From Mobula hypostoma (lineage: Eukaryota): a DNA stretch of 64,000 nucleotides. Each line of letters opens with the position of its first letter. Within the stretch, counting starts at the first letter, position 1. A program made the translations under genes and the position numbers. The DNA is taken from the NCBI RefSeq assembly GCF_963921235.1, contig NC_086108.1, forward strand, positions 89,902,001-89,966,000. The letters are read 5' to 3'. Positions 25,516-39,265 of the stretch are shown here, one piece after another. The notes below the pieces were generated by a model. That model was not told where the DNA came from. It searched no databases and worked only from the letters and a program-made list of their open reading frames with translations.

Positions 25516-26493
25516 GAATTTGACCTGAACGATTAGGTTTATTAAAAACTAGCTTTATTTGTCATATTACATTGAAACATACAGTGAAATGAATTGTTTT
25601 GCATCAAATCAAATCAATAAGGATTATGCAGGAGGGCAGCTCAAAAGCGTTGCTATGATTCTGGCGCCAACATAGTTTGCCCAAAACTTACTCACCCTAA
25701 CCCATACATCTTTGGAATGTGGGAGGAAACAGAGTAACCAACGAACGCCTACATGATCAGGGGGAGAATGTACAAACTCCTTGCAAAGATCAAATCCCAA
25801 GTGTCATTACTGGTGCTGTCAGGCAACTGCACTAACAGTTATACTACCATGCCGCTTAACCACACACGCCCTGCTGAGTGTTTTCAGAATGTTCTGCTCC
25901 TATTTTAGCTTTCAAACAACTGCATTTATTTTATTTGCATGATCAATTGCTTAACAAGCATATAAATACATACTACATCCTTTATACACATATAAAGAAT
26001 GCAAAATCCACCTGCAGGTAATGGAAGCTGATGGTCCTGTTACATTAGAAGTGATAGTGATATCGTTGCTGAAGAATTTAGTATTGAAGTGAGTATACTT
26101 TGAATAGCTGAACTTGACCAATATTTCCATGAGAATATAAAGTCTTTTCATCACATGATATAAGCTGTTAATCAATCAAGCTACATCAAATAGCTGGACT
26201 GAAAAGTTAAGCCCAAAAAATTATGAAACCTCAGTTGCAAAATTTGGATATTGTTAACTTAAATGCAATAATTCATTCCTTTGTCTATTGCTTCAGTACA
26301 GGAAAGAATGTGGAAGGGATATAGGCAGCCAGTACACAGAATACAGAGCAGAGTCACTGAAAAATTCATTCCAAATCTGAAAGTTTCCCACAAGACTATG
26401 CCAGTGCCTCCACAGACAATACTACAAGAATTGTTTGGATATCTTCCCAGTATTTTTCAACTTGATTCAGGTAAAGCATCTGGGCATTGCCAT

Positions 26494-28868
26494 CTTCTTC
26501 TTCATGTGCCTTGCGTGTTACACGCTTGGACAATCATGGCTTTTCACATCGAACGATCCCATGCAGCGTCAATGATATCTCGCACACTTAGATCTGTTAG
26601 TTCTTTCACAGTGTCCATATATTTTCTTCTTTGCCTTCCTCTCCCGCGTTTCCCAGGCATACAGCCTTGTAATGTAAGGTATTCTATTTCTCCCTTTCTG
26701 ATGACATGGCCCAGGAATTTAAGTTTCCTCTCATTTAATGTTCTCATTAAAGATCTTTTTGTATGGGCACATTGGAGTACTGTCTCATTAGTTACCCTAT
26801 TTCTATATGATATTTTCAGCATTCTTCTAAGAAACCACATTTCTGTTGCTTCTAAGTTTCTTTGGAGTTCTGGTGTTATAGTCCATGTTTCGGAAGCATA
26901 CAGCAAGATTGACCAGATGTAACATTTTAGTAGCCTAAGCCTTGTTGTTATAGAAATGTGTCTGTTGGTAAAGATGGGTTTCATTTTTCGGAAGTTGCTT
27001 TTGGCAATGGCAATTCTTCTTTTTATTTCTACTTTACTTCTAGCATCTTGTGATATAAAGCTACCAAGGTAGTTAAAGCTGGTCTTTTGTTCAATCTCTT
27101 GGTTCCCAATGTACAATTGGCAGTTGGGAGTATCCTGCTGTTTTGATATTACCATACATTTGGTTTTTTTTACAGTTGAGGGTTAGACCAAAATCTGCAC
27201 TTGTTTGTACTACTTTGTCTAGGAGGATTTGTAGGTCTTCTGCAGCACTTGCTATTAGGGTGGTATCGTCTGCATATCTACAAAGTGTAATAATGTTGAT
27301 GTTAACATCTCCAATTTTTATCCCATCTAGGTCATCTATTTCTCTGAGAATCATTTCAGTATAGATATTAAACAATTCCGGTGAGGCAACGCATCCCTGT
27401 CTAACTCCTCTTTGAATTTTAGTCCAACTTTATCATTAATTTTTACCACCGCCATTTGGTTCCAATATAAATTTTGAAGCAGTTGTTGGTCCCTTCCGTT
27501 AATGTTTAGTTTACCGAGAATTTGAAATAATTTTTCAAGTTGCACTTTGTCGAATGCTTTAGTGAAATCAATAAAACATAAAAAGACATCATTTTGATAT
27601 TCAATTGCCCTTTCTGAAAGCATTCGTAGTATGAAAATTGCGTTCCTAGTTCCTCCATCCTCAATAAACCTATATTGTAGTTTAGAAGTTTCTGGTCTTA
27701 AGTTGTTTTTAATTCGACTCAGAACAATTCTCAACAAAATCTTTATTATGTGACTCATAAGACTGATTGTTCTATAATTTTCGCAGTCAATAGTTCCAGG
27801 AATTTTTGGCAGAGTTATAAATACTGATTTCAAGAGATTATCAGGCAATGCACCAGACTCATATATGCCATTAAACAGTTCAAAAATAATATCTATGCCA
27901 GATCTTCTAGGGCTTGTATCATTTCCACTGAAATTTCATCAGGTCCAGTGGCTTTACCATGTTTCATGCTTCTCATTGCTTTAGTTATTTCTTCTTTGGT
28001 AATAGGTAGGCCAGAATTAGGGTGTTTAATATCTGGGGGTTCCCCTCTATTTTCCTCAAACAGCTGCTCTATATACTGAATCCACCTCTCACATACTTTA
28101 TCTGGATCTGTTAGTATGGATCCGTCTGCTGATCTTATGTATCCTGTAGAGGAGGTTTTCTTAATTCCAGAAATTTCCTTAACTTTCTTGTGCATTTCTT
28201 TGCTGTTGTTAATATGGCATTCTACTGCATTGCATTTTTGATTCAGCCATTCTTCCTCTGCTATATTGCACAATTGTCTGGTCTGTCTGTCTAGCTCTCT
28301 GTATTGCAATTCATTATTCTTCACTAACATTCTTTGTTCTATCAGATCTAGAATTTCTTGGGTTATCCACCCCTTGTTGGTGTGTTGGATTTCTTGTACT
28401 GGGATTATCTCCCCTGCTGATTGATGTATAGCATATTTAAGTCTGCCCCAAATAGGTGTTGTTACATTTTCATTGAGGTATTCTTCTACAGCTGTCTTGA
28501 ATTATTAGTATGCTATCTTTTTTAAGTTCTCCCAACATATACTTCTTCCTCTTTTTTCCACGTTTCAGTTTCTTTAATTTTGTTTTGATGGTAGCTATTA
28601 CTGGATGGTGATCTGAACCACAGTCTGCTCCTGGGTAGGCTTTAGAATTTGTGATATTATTTCTAAAGCATTCATTGATGGTAATGAAATCTATTTGATT
28701 CCTTGTTCTATCTCCAGGAAAGGGTTGATAACATAGTAGGACCCTTTAGATTAAGGGAGAAAAATGAAAGTGGAGAAAGGTTTACTGTTTGGTGTGTCAG
28801 AAACAACCAAGTGATCACCAATACTTGGTATAAAAATGATCCACATAGATTGTGTACTTGGATTAGCC
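26494..28868 (-). mobile_element. RTE-clade LINE, 5'-truncated with 5' inversion
   Basis: CENYRTISLMSH, FIDFTKAFDKV, RYADDTTLIA, FNYLGSFI, EMWFLRRMLKIS; (GAA)n tail. Inverted APE piece at ~28718-28872 (+). 14-bp TSD CTGGGCATTGCCAT at 26480-26493 and 28869-28882. Confidence 0.95.
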
Positions 28869-29749
28869 CTGGGCATTGCCATATGGCAGCATAAATACCT
28901 TAGTGCATCTTCACTTGGTCTTCCGAATGAGATTGTTAGCAATATACAGGTGAAGTATTTCTATCTGGCAAAGTTGGTGCAGCCGGATATGATAAGGTCT
29001 CTTAAGAGACTCCTGGATAGGTGCATAGAGCTTAGAAAAATAGAGGGCTATGGGTAATCCTAGGTAATTTCTAAGGTAAGGACGTGTTTTGCCCAGCTTT
29101 GAGGGCCGAAGGGTCTGTATTGTGCTGTAGGTTTTCTACATTATATGTTTCTAAATACTTGGTGATGAAAATTTGTAGAGTTTATGAACTAAAAGTGGAT
29201 TGAACATTACCTGTCATCTCCTTATCCACTAATTTCAGTGAAGCTAAAAGCTCAGTGAAGGAGGTACCAAAAAAGCAGAAAATAGGAGACATACAGACCT
29301 TCATATACAGTATTGACCAAAGACTCCTTTCTGAGCTACAGATCGCTGACACAGTCTATGACAAGGTACACTTCTCAGAAATATAATGCATGAAAGACTG
29401 GGATGATTTAAGTACAGTATTGTTCAGTCAAACTTGCAAGGAAAGGCAGAATAAAGGTACTTGAAAGAAAGTACCCATCTTTGGGTTCAGAGGACATGAT
29501 AATGTTTTTATTCTGATGCTATCCGGTAGGGAGAATGGAACATTGGAGAGATTGTGAGGAGATGCAGATTTCTAAGAATGATCCTACAGAGAGGTTCACA
29601 TAGCAGACTTTATCTCCATGCAAGCTAACCAATTAGTTGAGTTAATCAAAGGACCAGTCTGGTAAATCATCTCTTGATTCCTATATTGCAGGTATATTCT
29701 ATTTTATGTAAAAAATACCAAAATTGTTCTCAATTATTTATTTATATAA

Positions 29750-30112
29750 ATACCCCATCCGTTATTTATTTATATAAACACATTTTTTTTTCTCTCTCTC
29801 CTTTTTCTCCCTCTGTCCCTCTCACTATACCCCTTGCCCATCCTCTGGGTTTTTTCCCCCTCCCCCTTTTCTTTCCCCCTAGGTCTCCTGTCCCATGGTC
29901 CTCTCATATCACCTGTCCAGCTCTTGGCTCCATCCCTCCCCCTCCTGTCTTCTCCTATCATTTTGGATCTCCCCCTCCCCCTTTCAAATCTCTTACTAAC
30001 TCTTCCTTCAGTTAGTCCTGACGAAGGATCACAGCCCGAAACGTCGACTGTACCTCTTCCTAGAGATGCTGCCTGGCCTGCTGCGTTCACCAGCAACTTT
30101 TATGTGTGTTGC
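29750..30112 (+). mobile_element. Penelope-like (Neptune-type) pseudo-LTR fragment with hammerhead motif at 30014-30049
   Basis: Highly similar to 4920-5286; CTGACGA..GAAACGTC retained, stem II mutated. Confidence 0.85.
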
Positions 30113-30463
30113 TCTCAGTACTTTGTGTTGGGTCTCCTCATGGCCCCATAAAAATGCAATAAGGCATTTTTAGTCTTATCTAACATAACAATATTTCCTT
30201 GCTGCACCTACATGTTATGATTTATGTATAAGTGCTCCCAATTTCTTTTAAACATCATTCCCCAATCTCTCACTCTTTAAAGAAAACATGAAAAACTTCT
30301 GCTGACTCTCTCGTATCAGCGTAAGCAATGCCAGTACATTTAAGGCAATAGAAGAGAACTCAAGGCCCATTAAACAGTTAAATTTTGTTTTTTTAAAAAA
30401 CTAGATTCACCCATATTTTAAAGGAGAGCGGGGCAAAAAACATGTAAATGTTTTTTTAAGGGG

Positions 30464-31148
30464 AGAAGATGGCAGCGCAACGACAGCGCGCGCGGCCTCT
30501 CCGGTGATGAATATCTATTATCTGTCAAGTAGGTGACCGTGCACAATTCTGATTTGATGGAGACAGATGTGAGTGCACAGCAGAACATCTGGAAAACTTC
30601 TGAAATGTCTGCTTTGCTACCGCTGCTACTGTGTGGTAACCGGAATCTCTGGAGCTGAAGGCCTCGAAATCCTCAGCTTTGCGTGTTTCAGCAGCCGGGG
30701 AGAGGTCAAAGGCGCTTGGCAGAGGATGGCGCTCGGGAGGCTGTATTGGAGAGGCTGGTCGGAAGCTCGGAGCTTTCAGATGGATGGACTCAGGGTCGGC
30801 TATGGTCGGCTGCTTCCAAGGTATCGGCAAGTTGACGGTGCCTGGAGGTTTATGGCAGGGAGTTTCTCCCTTTTGTCGCCTGCCTTCGGGGACTCGGGAG
30901 TCGATCGACTCGGGACTTTGAGACTTTTTTTTTACTGTGCCTATGGACTGATCGTCATCAAATTATGGTATTGCTTTGCACTGCTGTAACTATATGTTAT
31001 AATTATGTGGTTTTGTCAGTGTTAGTCTTTGGTCTGTCTTGTTTTCTGTGATATCACACCGGAGAAACATTGTATCATTTCTTAATGCATGTGTGCATTT
31101 CTAAATGACAATAAAAGAGGACTGAGTGTTCTCATAATCTAAAAAAAA
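30464..31148 (+). mobile_element. Non-coding, non-autonomous retroposon (probably LINE-derived)
   Basis: Starts AAGATGGCAGCG, has a CpG-rich body, and ends with AATAAA and an A-run; no recognisable protein. Confidence 0.55.
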
Positions 31149-33809
31149 GGTATGATGTCATAGTGTAACAAACTTGATGATGATTGTGTGAATACATGTA
31201 GTTGAACAAGAACTTCAAGAAAGCTAATAAATATTACAAGAATCAGTGGGTTAGAGAATTGTTAAAGATATATAATAAGATAAAATATCAATTTTATTGA
31301 TATAATTTATTTTATGACAAAGCAAACATGCAGGATCCAATGGTGTACTCCAGCTTTTGTTTCATATGTTCAAAGTTCAAAGTAAGTTTATTATCAAAGT
31401 ATGTTTACATTATACAACCTAGAGATTTCATCTCCTAACATATGTTGTTATGTTAGACACGTTTGTCAGTATTTCCCATGCATTATTCTGCATCCTCTCC
31501 ATATAACACCACTGGAGACTTGGATGCCACAGAAGCATATATTCACAGGTTGCTAGTGTGACATAGGAGGAAGAGTATTAGCTGTCAGCTGTCATACATT
31601 TAACTCTAACATAATCAAAAAAGCCTGATGTTATCCAGTGCAAGACAACCCACTTGATTGACAGCCCTTTCACTACACTAAATAATCATTCCTTCCACCC
31701 CTTGCATATTGTAGCTGCAGGATATATCATCTTCAAAACATGTCACAGAGACAAGGCAAAGCCTCTTTCACAGCTTCTTCCAGATCAATGTAGAAACATA
31801 GGAAACAGGAGCATGAGACACAAGAGTTTCTGCAGGTGCTGGAAATCATGAGCAATGCATACAAAACGCAGGAGGGATTCTGCATGCCACGCAATATCTA
31901 TGGAGGGAAATGATGCAGGGTCTCAGCCTGAAATGTCAACTGTTCACTTCCCTCCATAGATGCCTGACCTGCTGAGTTCCTCCAGCATATTGGGTGTCTG
32001 AGTGTTAAACAGGAGGAGGAGTAGGCCACTCAGCCTTTTGTATCACTCCACTATTCCACATAATCATGTTTATCTTTTCTCTCAATGTTATATTCTAAAT
32101 CTCTCCCAGGTGGCATAAGTATGTGGTGATGGCTTCTGAATCCATGACTTTCATCACTGAGAAGGACCAGGACAGCAGAAACAGGTTAGCACCACTATCT
32201 TCCAAGCTGCACAACATCTGAGCTTGGAAATCTATTGCTACTCCTGTATTATCACTATCCAAATCCTACAACTTCCTGACTCAACTGTGTGGGAGTGCTT
32301 TCACTTGACTGACTGCGCCACTTCCAGGAGATGGCTTACCACCGCTTCCTCTCGGGGAATTAATGATGGACAATAAGCCCTTGGCTTGCCAATTATAGCA
32401 GCAACCCATAAATGAATATAAATAAATAAACAAATGGATTCCTTGCTAGCAGGATGAGCATCAGCTTGTGTCTCTGAATCAATATTCCAAGCATTGGAAT
32501 TACTGCCTAGTAACTTGAGGGTGCAGCCAGCCTTTATTCCATTTTTGAGTGTTTTTTTTTATTTGTGAGCACTCACTCTCTGTACACATACTAAATGAAG
32601 TGGAAAGTGGGATATGCCATGCCTTAAATACAATGAGCCTATGAAGGACGTCATTGTGTTAAAGGTATGGCATATGCCATTTATTTCTTCATTTGCACTG
32701 TTTATAAACGCAACTTGCCAATAATGCATAAATAAAGATATTGTCAAATAATGTGTTACTATTACTCAGAGTAACACAGACAAAATGCTTCAGGATCTCA
32801 GCAGTGCATGCAGCATCTATGAAAGTGAATAGACAGTGAACGTTTCGGTCAGGACCCTTTGCCAGTCCCGATTTCCGGCAGTTGCAGAATATTTTGTGTT
32901 TACATGTTACTCAGTTGTCTTAGAGATTTTAAGTCTCCTGGAAAATAATTTCACCATGCATTTTTAAACTGAATCCATTAATTCATGTTGATGAAAACGT
33001 TCGGTTATATGTAATTAGCAACAATAAAAATTGCAACTTTTTTCCCAGATAATGAAGTAGCCCCTATGGTGTGACATATGAATCAGTGGTGCAAGTATGA
33101 AATTGTTGTTTGTTTTTAATATTCAACCATTCTGAAAGAAGAATATTATGATTCATTTTGAAGCATTCTCCAAATAATGAGCATTTATTTTCCAGTGTCT
33201 CTTAATTAATTTGTGGCATTCTTCATTATTAGTAAAACTCACGGACAGTGTAACTATATCAATTTAGTGAAGCAGTCAGCATAGATAGGTTGTTGCAGAT
33301 CTCATTAAGCTAACCAAAACGCTATGTGAAATAGGTCAGGCAAAATATGACATATATTGTGCCTGCGCACCATCAAAAGAAGCGATTAGATCTTGTTCGT
33401 GTCTCAAACCAAATTAAAATAACTACTGAACATGTATTAAAGATGCTATAGTATATGCTGAAGTAATTTAACCTTAATAGAAAAATTCTGTAGCACTTCC
33501 ATATTTAAGTCAAGTAATTACACACAGCAGGATTAAAACGAGATGCTTTTGCTGGCAGAAGAAACACTAAAAGTTATAAATTTCAAATGGTGATTAAAAA
33601 TATTGTAAAGTTTCTATGCCCTGTAAGATATTAAATAGAAATATTGTTTCAATGTTGTGAACCATTATGAAATACTTTCACTCTAGCATTTGATATTTCT
33701 ACTTGTCATCACTGAGTTTCTTTTGCACTAAATGCCACATTTTCTTTATAATTTACCTGTGTTATTTGGAGAAAGGAAGAATACAACAAAACAGATGGAC
33801 ATTCAGAGG

Positions 33810-34267
33810 ACACACATAGTTGTTTCATTATTCAAGAAGGGAACTAGGCACAATCCTGGAAACTACAGACTGGTGAGTCTCAAGACAATGGTAGGGAAAT
33901 AGTTGGAGAGAATTCTTAGGGACAGGATTCATGAGGATTAGGAAAACCATGGACTAATTAGGGAGAGCCAGCATGGCTTTGTATTTGGCTAGTTGTGTCT
34001 TATTAACTTGATTGAGTTTTTTTGATGAGGGTGGTTGGTGAAGGTAGAGCTGTGGACATTGTCTACATGGATTTTAGTAAGTCGTTTGACAAGGTCCCTC
34101 ATGAGAGGCTGATCCAGAAGATTAAAATGCATGGGGTCCATGATTAATTAGTAATTTGGATTCAGGACTGACTTGCCCATTGAAAGCAGCACATTTTCTA
34201 GCTGTAAGTCTGTGATTAGTGGTATTCCACAGGGATCTGTACTAGGACCTCTGCTGATGGTAATGTA
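33810..34267 (+). mobile_element. CR1 RT fragment
   Basis: PGNYRLVSL, SQHGFV, VDIVYMDFSKSFDKVPH, GIPQGSVLGP; cut at TA by the Tc1 element. Confidence 0.85.
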
Positions 34268-35105
34268 CAGTGGTATGCAAAAGTTTGGGCACCCCTGGTC
34301 AAAGTTTCTGTTACTGTGATTAGCTAAGCGAGTAAAAAATGAACTGATTTCCAAAAGGCATAAAGTTAAAGATGACATATTTCTTTAATATTTTAAGCAA
34401 GAAAACGTTTTGATTTCCATCTTTTACAGTTTGAAAACAGCAAAAAGAGAAAAAGGGACCGAAGCAAAAGTTTGGGCACCCTGCATGGCAGTACTTTGTA
34501 ACAGCCCCTTCAGCAAGTATCACAGCTTGTAGATGCTTTTTGTAGCCAGCTAAGAGTCTTTCAACTCTTGTTTGGGGGATTTTCGCCCGTTCTTCCTTGC
34601 AAAAGGCTCCTATTCTGTGAAATTCTTGGGCTGTCTTGCATGCACTGCTCTTTTGAGGTCTATCCACAGATTCTCGACGATGTTTAGGTCAGTGGACTGT
34701 GAAGGCCATGGCAAAGCCTTCAGCCTGCACCTCTTGCAGTAGTCCATTGTGGATTTTGAGGTGTGTTTAGGTTCATTATCCTGTTGTAGAAGCCATTCTC
34801 TTTTCATCTTCGGCTTTTTTAGATGGTGCGATGTTTGCTTCCAGAATTTGCTGATTTTAATTGAATTAATTCTTCCCTCTACCAGTAAATGTTTCCCATG
34901 CTACTGTCTGCAACACAAGCCCAAAGCATGATCGATTCACCCCTGTGTTTAAGAGCTGGAGAGGGGTTCTTTTCATGAAATTCTGCACCGTTTTTTCTCC
35001 AAACATACCTTTTCTCATTGTGGCCAAAAAGTTCTATTTTAACTTAATCAGTCCACAGGACTTGTTTCTAAAATGCATCAGGCTTGTTTAGATGTTCTTT
35101 TGAAC
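34268..35105 (-). mobile_element. Tc1 (DD34E) transposon, right end with IR/DR-type terminus
   Basis: TA|CAGTG terminus; 18-bp direct repeat GCAAAAGTTTGGGCACCC at 34277-34294 and 34464-34481; QQDN..34 aa..ENLW; VLWTD near 35050. Confidence 0.9.
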
Positions 35106-35139
35106 CTTTTGAATAGAAGCACCGACATTCTGCAATTTA

Positions 35140-36528
35140 ACAAAAAATCTCTTCTCGGGCTTCCAGCCGGGTACAGCTATAGATTTTTACCAATGTTTCA
35201 ATGACAAACTCCACTACCTTCATCAAAGCTGATGCCTAGGCACGTCTACTTTGGTGGTATATATATATATATATATATACCCCTATTGTCCATCCCTCCT
35301 AACTGGGTAGTCCAAAGCAATCAGGTTTCCACTGTCCCACCTTGTTCACAATCGAATACCTGTTCTTACTAAGAGCGAGACCTTTGTCTTTGTTAAAATT
35401 CTTATTCTCTAGTTTTACTCCATGACAACTTTGCAGTGTGGCCTCATGGACTCCAGGCACTCCAACAGTTCTACAATCATCTGAACAACATACATCCAAA
35501 CACTCAATTTACGATATAAGATGGTGAAGAATGGTTGCCTCCCGTTCCTGGACATTCTAATATGATGGAAACCAGACAGTAGCCTCGGACATCACGTCTA
35601 TCCGAAGCCCACTCACAAGGACATACACCTCAACAATAACAGTCGCCATCACACCTCCCAATGTAGAGCGACTCTTTCCACTTTGATTAAGTGTGTGAAA
35701 ACTATTTCAGACCCGGAGAGTCTCCTCAAGCAAATAAAATGATTATGCACAATGTTCCTACAGAATGGCTACAAGGCAAAGGAATTCAATCGGGCCCTTA
35801 AAAGGGCAGATGAAAATGCAAGGAAGCCTAACACCGAGGAGAAACCTGCTACTATCACCTGTCATTCCTATATTTCCACTGTTTCTGGAGGGTTTGCCAG
35901 GATCCTGAAGGGTACCAGATTAATACCATTTACAATCCTGTAAGGAAGCTCAAATCACAGCTATTGTGGACTGAAGAAGACATGGGACTCAGGTTGGCTG
36001 GAGTTTACAGGATTCCCTGTGAATGCGGAACAGCGTATATTGGTCAGATGGGGTGCATGATGGAAACCCACATCAAGGAGCACAGGAGGAGTATCCATTT
36101 GGATTGCCTGGAGAACCTGGCGGTAGCAAAACATTGCATTCGCAATGGCCATAGGATTGATTTCAACGTCACAAAACAACTGTGCCATGCCAATGAGTTT
36201 TGGGACCATCTGGTGAAGGAAGCCATTGAAATAAGACTAGAGATTAAGACCTTTAACAAAAACGAAGGTCTTGCTCTAAGTAAGAACTGGAATTTGATCG
36301 TTAACAAGGTGGGACACTGGAAGCCTGATTGGTTGAGGACTAACCAATCAGGAGGGACAGGTTTCAGGGGTATAAATACCATAGGACTAGACATGCCCAG
36401 GCATCATCTCTGAAGAGGATGGCAGAGTTTGTCATCAAAATGTCAGTTATAATTGATACCTGTACCTGGCTGGAGGCCCAAGAAGAGATTTTTCGGCAGA
36501 TACACTGGGCAAGCACCAGATCCTTTCT
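35140..36528 (+). mobile_element. Penelope-like element (Poseidon/Penelope-type GIY-YIG), 5'-truncated with inverted pseudo-LTR
   Basis: HLNNIHP, LPFLDI, GVYRIPCECGTAYIGQ..HIKEH..KEAIEI; 35140-35420 is an inverted, diverged copy of 36225-36490. Confidence 0.9.
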
Positions 36529-37499
36529 CATCCTGCAGTCTACTTTAGAGTTAAGAGACCTTGCATCCTAGTGAAAATCCCAAAAAAATCTGCAAAAGCT
36601 GTAAAAGTAAAATAGAAAAATGCTGGAAATAGTCAGCAGGTCAAATGTTTCAGGAACCATTCATCAGAACTGAAGGGGAGACCAAAGCAATTTGTAAAAC
36701 TGGAGGGAAGATGGGGACAGTTGACATCTCTGATAAGATGAAACTGGGGTGATAATGGGGATAAATTATAAATAAGTTTATCTAGTCAGGAAATGAATGG
36801 GAGAAGTTAGAGGGTGAGAATACAGACAAAAAAAGGATGCAGAGGTTGTGAGATTCAGGTTCAGAACTTATCACATGTACATGAAACATAGAGTGAAATG
36901 TGTCATTTACATTATTAACCAATCCCCCTAAAGATGTGTTGGGGCAACCCACAAGTCTTGCCACCAACCTAGCATGCCCATAATGTTCGGCAGAACAAAG
37001 TAGAATACATTGAATATGGCAGAAGACAAGCTATATTGTGCTTGACTGCAGATTTCTGCAACATTCATGGACTCAGAGTCTTGAACTACTTTTTTGTGTG
37101 ACTGTATTTTACTGATATCGTATGTATGCTTGGTATCTTATGCTCTTTTTGTGCCTTGTGCTGTGTGTGACTGTTAGTACTGTGTTTTGTATGTTGGCCC
37201 TGGAGTAGCGCTGTTTCATTTGGCTGTAATCATGGGTATTTATGTATAGTTGAACTTGAAATTGAATTATGAATACAATAGAACAGGACACATCAAACCA
37301 TAAAACAAACCTCTTTCCTCATTCCTACTCACACGCATGGACAGAGCTCCTATTCCAGGATAGCCCTCTGGGCCTATGGGACTCCAGGCTTCAGAGCAGG
37401 AGAACAGATATATTAGGTCATCCACTTCCAGAGAGAGAAAAAAACGAAAGGAAAACAAAGGGGAAAATAAACAAGGTGAGCCAATATTGCGGATAGGTG

Positions 37500-37859
37500 A
37501 CTGATACAACCTGACAAATCAAGATACCTGAAGTTACAAAATTCAGTGTTGAGTCAACAAAGTTGCAACATGTCAGACAGAAAACAAAGTCCATTCTCCA
37601 AGCTTGCATTGGCCTCACACAAACCCAGTGTGAGTGGGATGGAGAGTTAAAGTGGCAGACAATGGGAAGGTCGGATACATTGGTTTACAAAGTAACCATC
37701 CAATCTGCATTTGGTTTCTCCAGTGTAGAGGAGACCATGTTGTGAACACTGAATGCAGTACACAAATTGGAAGAAGAGCAAGTGAAATGCTGCTTCACCT
37801 GAAAAGGCTATTTGAGTACCTGGATGTTATGGGAAGAAAAGAGGTGAAACAGGTATTGC
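37500..37859 (-). mobile_element. Old Neptune-type Penelope-like remnant
   Basis: FQVKQHFTC then CIQCSQHGLLYTGETKCRL (frameshifted). Confidence 0.7.
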
Positions 37860-38052
37860 GTAAACACGAGGAATTCTGCAGATGCTGGAAATTCAAGCAA
37901 CACACATCAAAGTTGCTGGTGAACGCAGCAGGCCAGGCAGCATCTCTAGGAAGAGGTACAGTCGACGTTTCAGGCCGAGACACTTCGTCAGGACTAACTG
38001 AAGGAAGAGCTAGTAAGAGATTTGCAACTGAAGGAAGAGCTAGTAAGAGATT
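37860..38052 (-). mobile_element. Young Penelope-like pseudo-LTR fragment with hammerhead motif (37960-37995)
   Basis: 15-bp TSD TGAAACAGGTATTGC at 37845-37859 and 38053-38067; internal ~30-bp tandem duplication. Confidence 0.88.
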
Positions 38053-38534
38053 TGAAACAGGTATTGCATTGACTGTGGTTGGAAGGGAAAAGTGGGGGGG
38101 GGGGAAGGACTAGATAACCTTGCTTACAACTGGTTATCACTTTGGTTTTATCCTGTCACAGACGTTTCATTCCACTTACCCTTCTTCAGCTTTACAAGCC
38201 CTTTTTTTTGTCTTTTTTTACAGTCTGACAAAGGGTATCCAAGCTGAAAAGTTGATCTGATAATCTTGTTTCTAGCTTATGGCCTGCATGAGTCTTTTTT
38301 TTTATCCTATCAGGGACATTCCTTTCCTCCCATTTTCCCTGCAGAGGGAGACTGAAGACTGGAGATCCAGAATGGAGCATTATACACAGCTCCTCAATGA
38401 AACTGGTGAAACATTCCCTCAGATTAATGTATGTCTGCCCTCAGGAATGGTAGGGTGCAAAATATTCAGGTTCACAGTTCTATCAGACTGGTAACACAGG
38501 TAGATAGGATGGTGAAAAAGGCATATGACATATT

Positions 38535-39265
38535 TTAAACGCAAGAGATTCTGCAGATGCGGGAAATGCAGAGCAACACACACAGAAGGCTGGACGTCTG
38601 GCAGCATCTATGAAACTGAATAAACAGTTGACTTGTTATGTTTGTACTTAATAGAGATAAACTTTCGTGGGTAAAAATGAACAGATTTATTAACAGTCAT
38701 GGTTTTAGCTTGAATAATTTTTACTTGGGACTGTCCAGCCCGCCAAGAGGATATGTGTCCTGGTCGCCAGTGCCACTCGAGTTCCTAGTGAGCTGCCCAC
38801 ATTGCACACTGGGAACTGTTATTATGTACACACAAAATAACACAATACCCTTCATCAGGACTGGAAAGGAAGGGGGAACATGCCAGAATAAAAGGTGGGG
38901 GGAGGGGGAAGAGAACAAGCTAGCAGGTGATAGCCAGGAAGGTGGGAAAAGTAAAGGACTGGAGAAGAAAGAACCTGATGGGAGAGGAGAGTGGATGGTG
39001 GGAGAAAGGAAATAAAGAGGGGCACTGGGGAAGGTGATAGGCAGGTGAGGAGATGAGGTAAAGTGCCAGAGGGGGAAATGGAAGAAAAGGAAGAGGGAGA
39101 AGAAAAGAAAAAAAAGACAAAAATTACTGGAAGGAACTATCGATTTTCTTGACATCAAGTTGGAGGCTACCTAGATGGGATAACAGCTGTTGCTCCTCCG
39201 CACTAAGAGTGGCCTCATCATCGCAGAAGTGGAGGCCATGGTCTTATATGTTGGAATGCAAACAT
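38535..39265 (-). mobile_element. Older Neptune-type 3' fragment interrupted by a ~210-bp unrelated insert
   Basis: 39140-39260 resembles 4410-4540; CCCTTCATCAGGACT hammerhead half at ~38848. Confidence 0.65.

Noticed and set aside
26018..26095. Possible plus-strand exon ending at GAA|GTGAGT
   Set aside because: Weak acceptor and unrecognisable peptide.
26281..26922. 213-aa ORF, the longest in the track
   Set aside because: Mostly the antisense shadow of the RTE ORF C-terminus.
38634..38842. TGTTAT...ATAACA segment as a solo LTR
   Set aside because: Termini fit but no TSD is visible; left unclassified.
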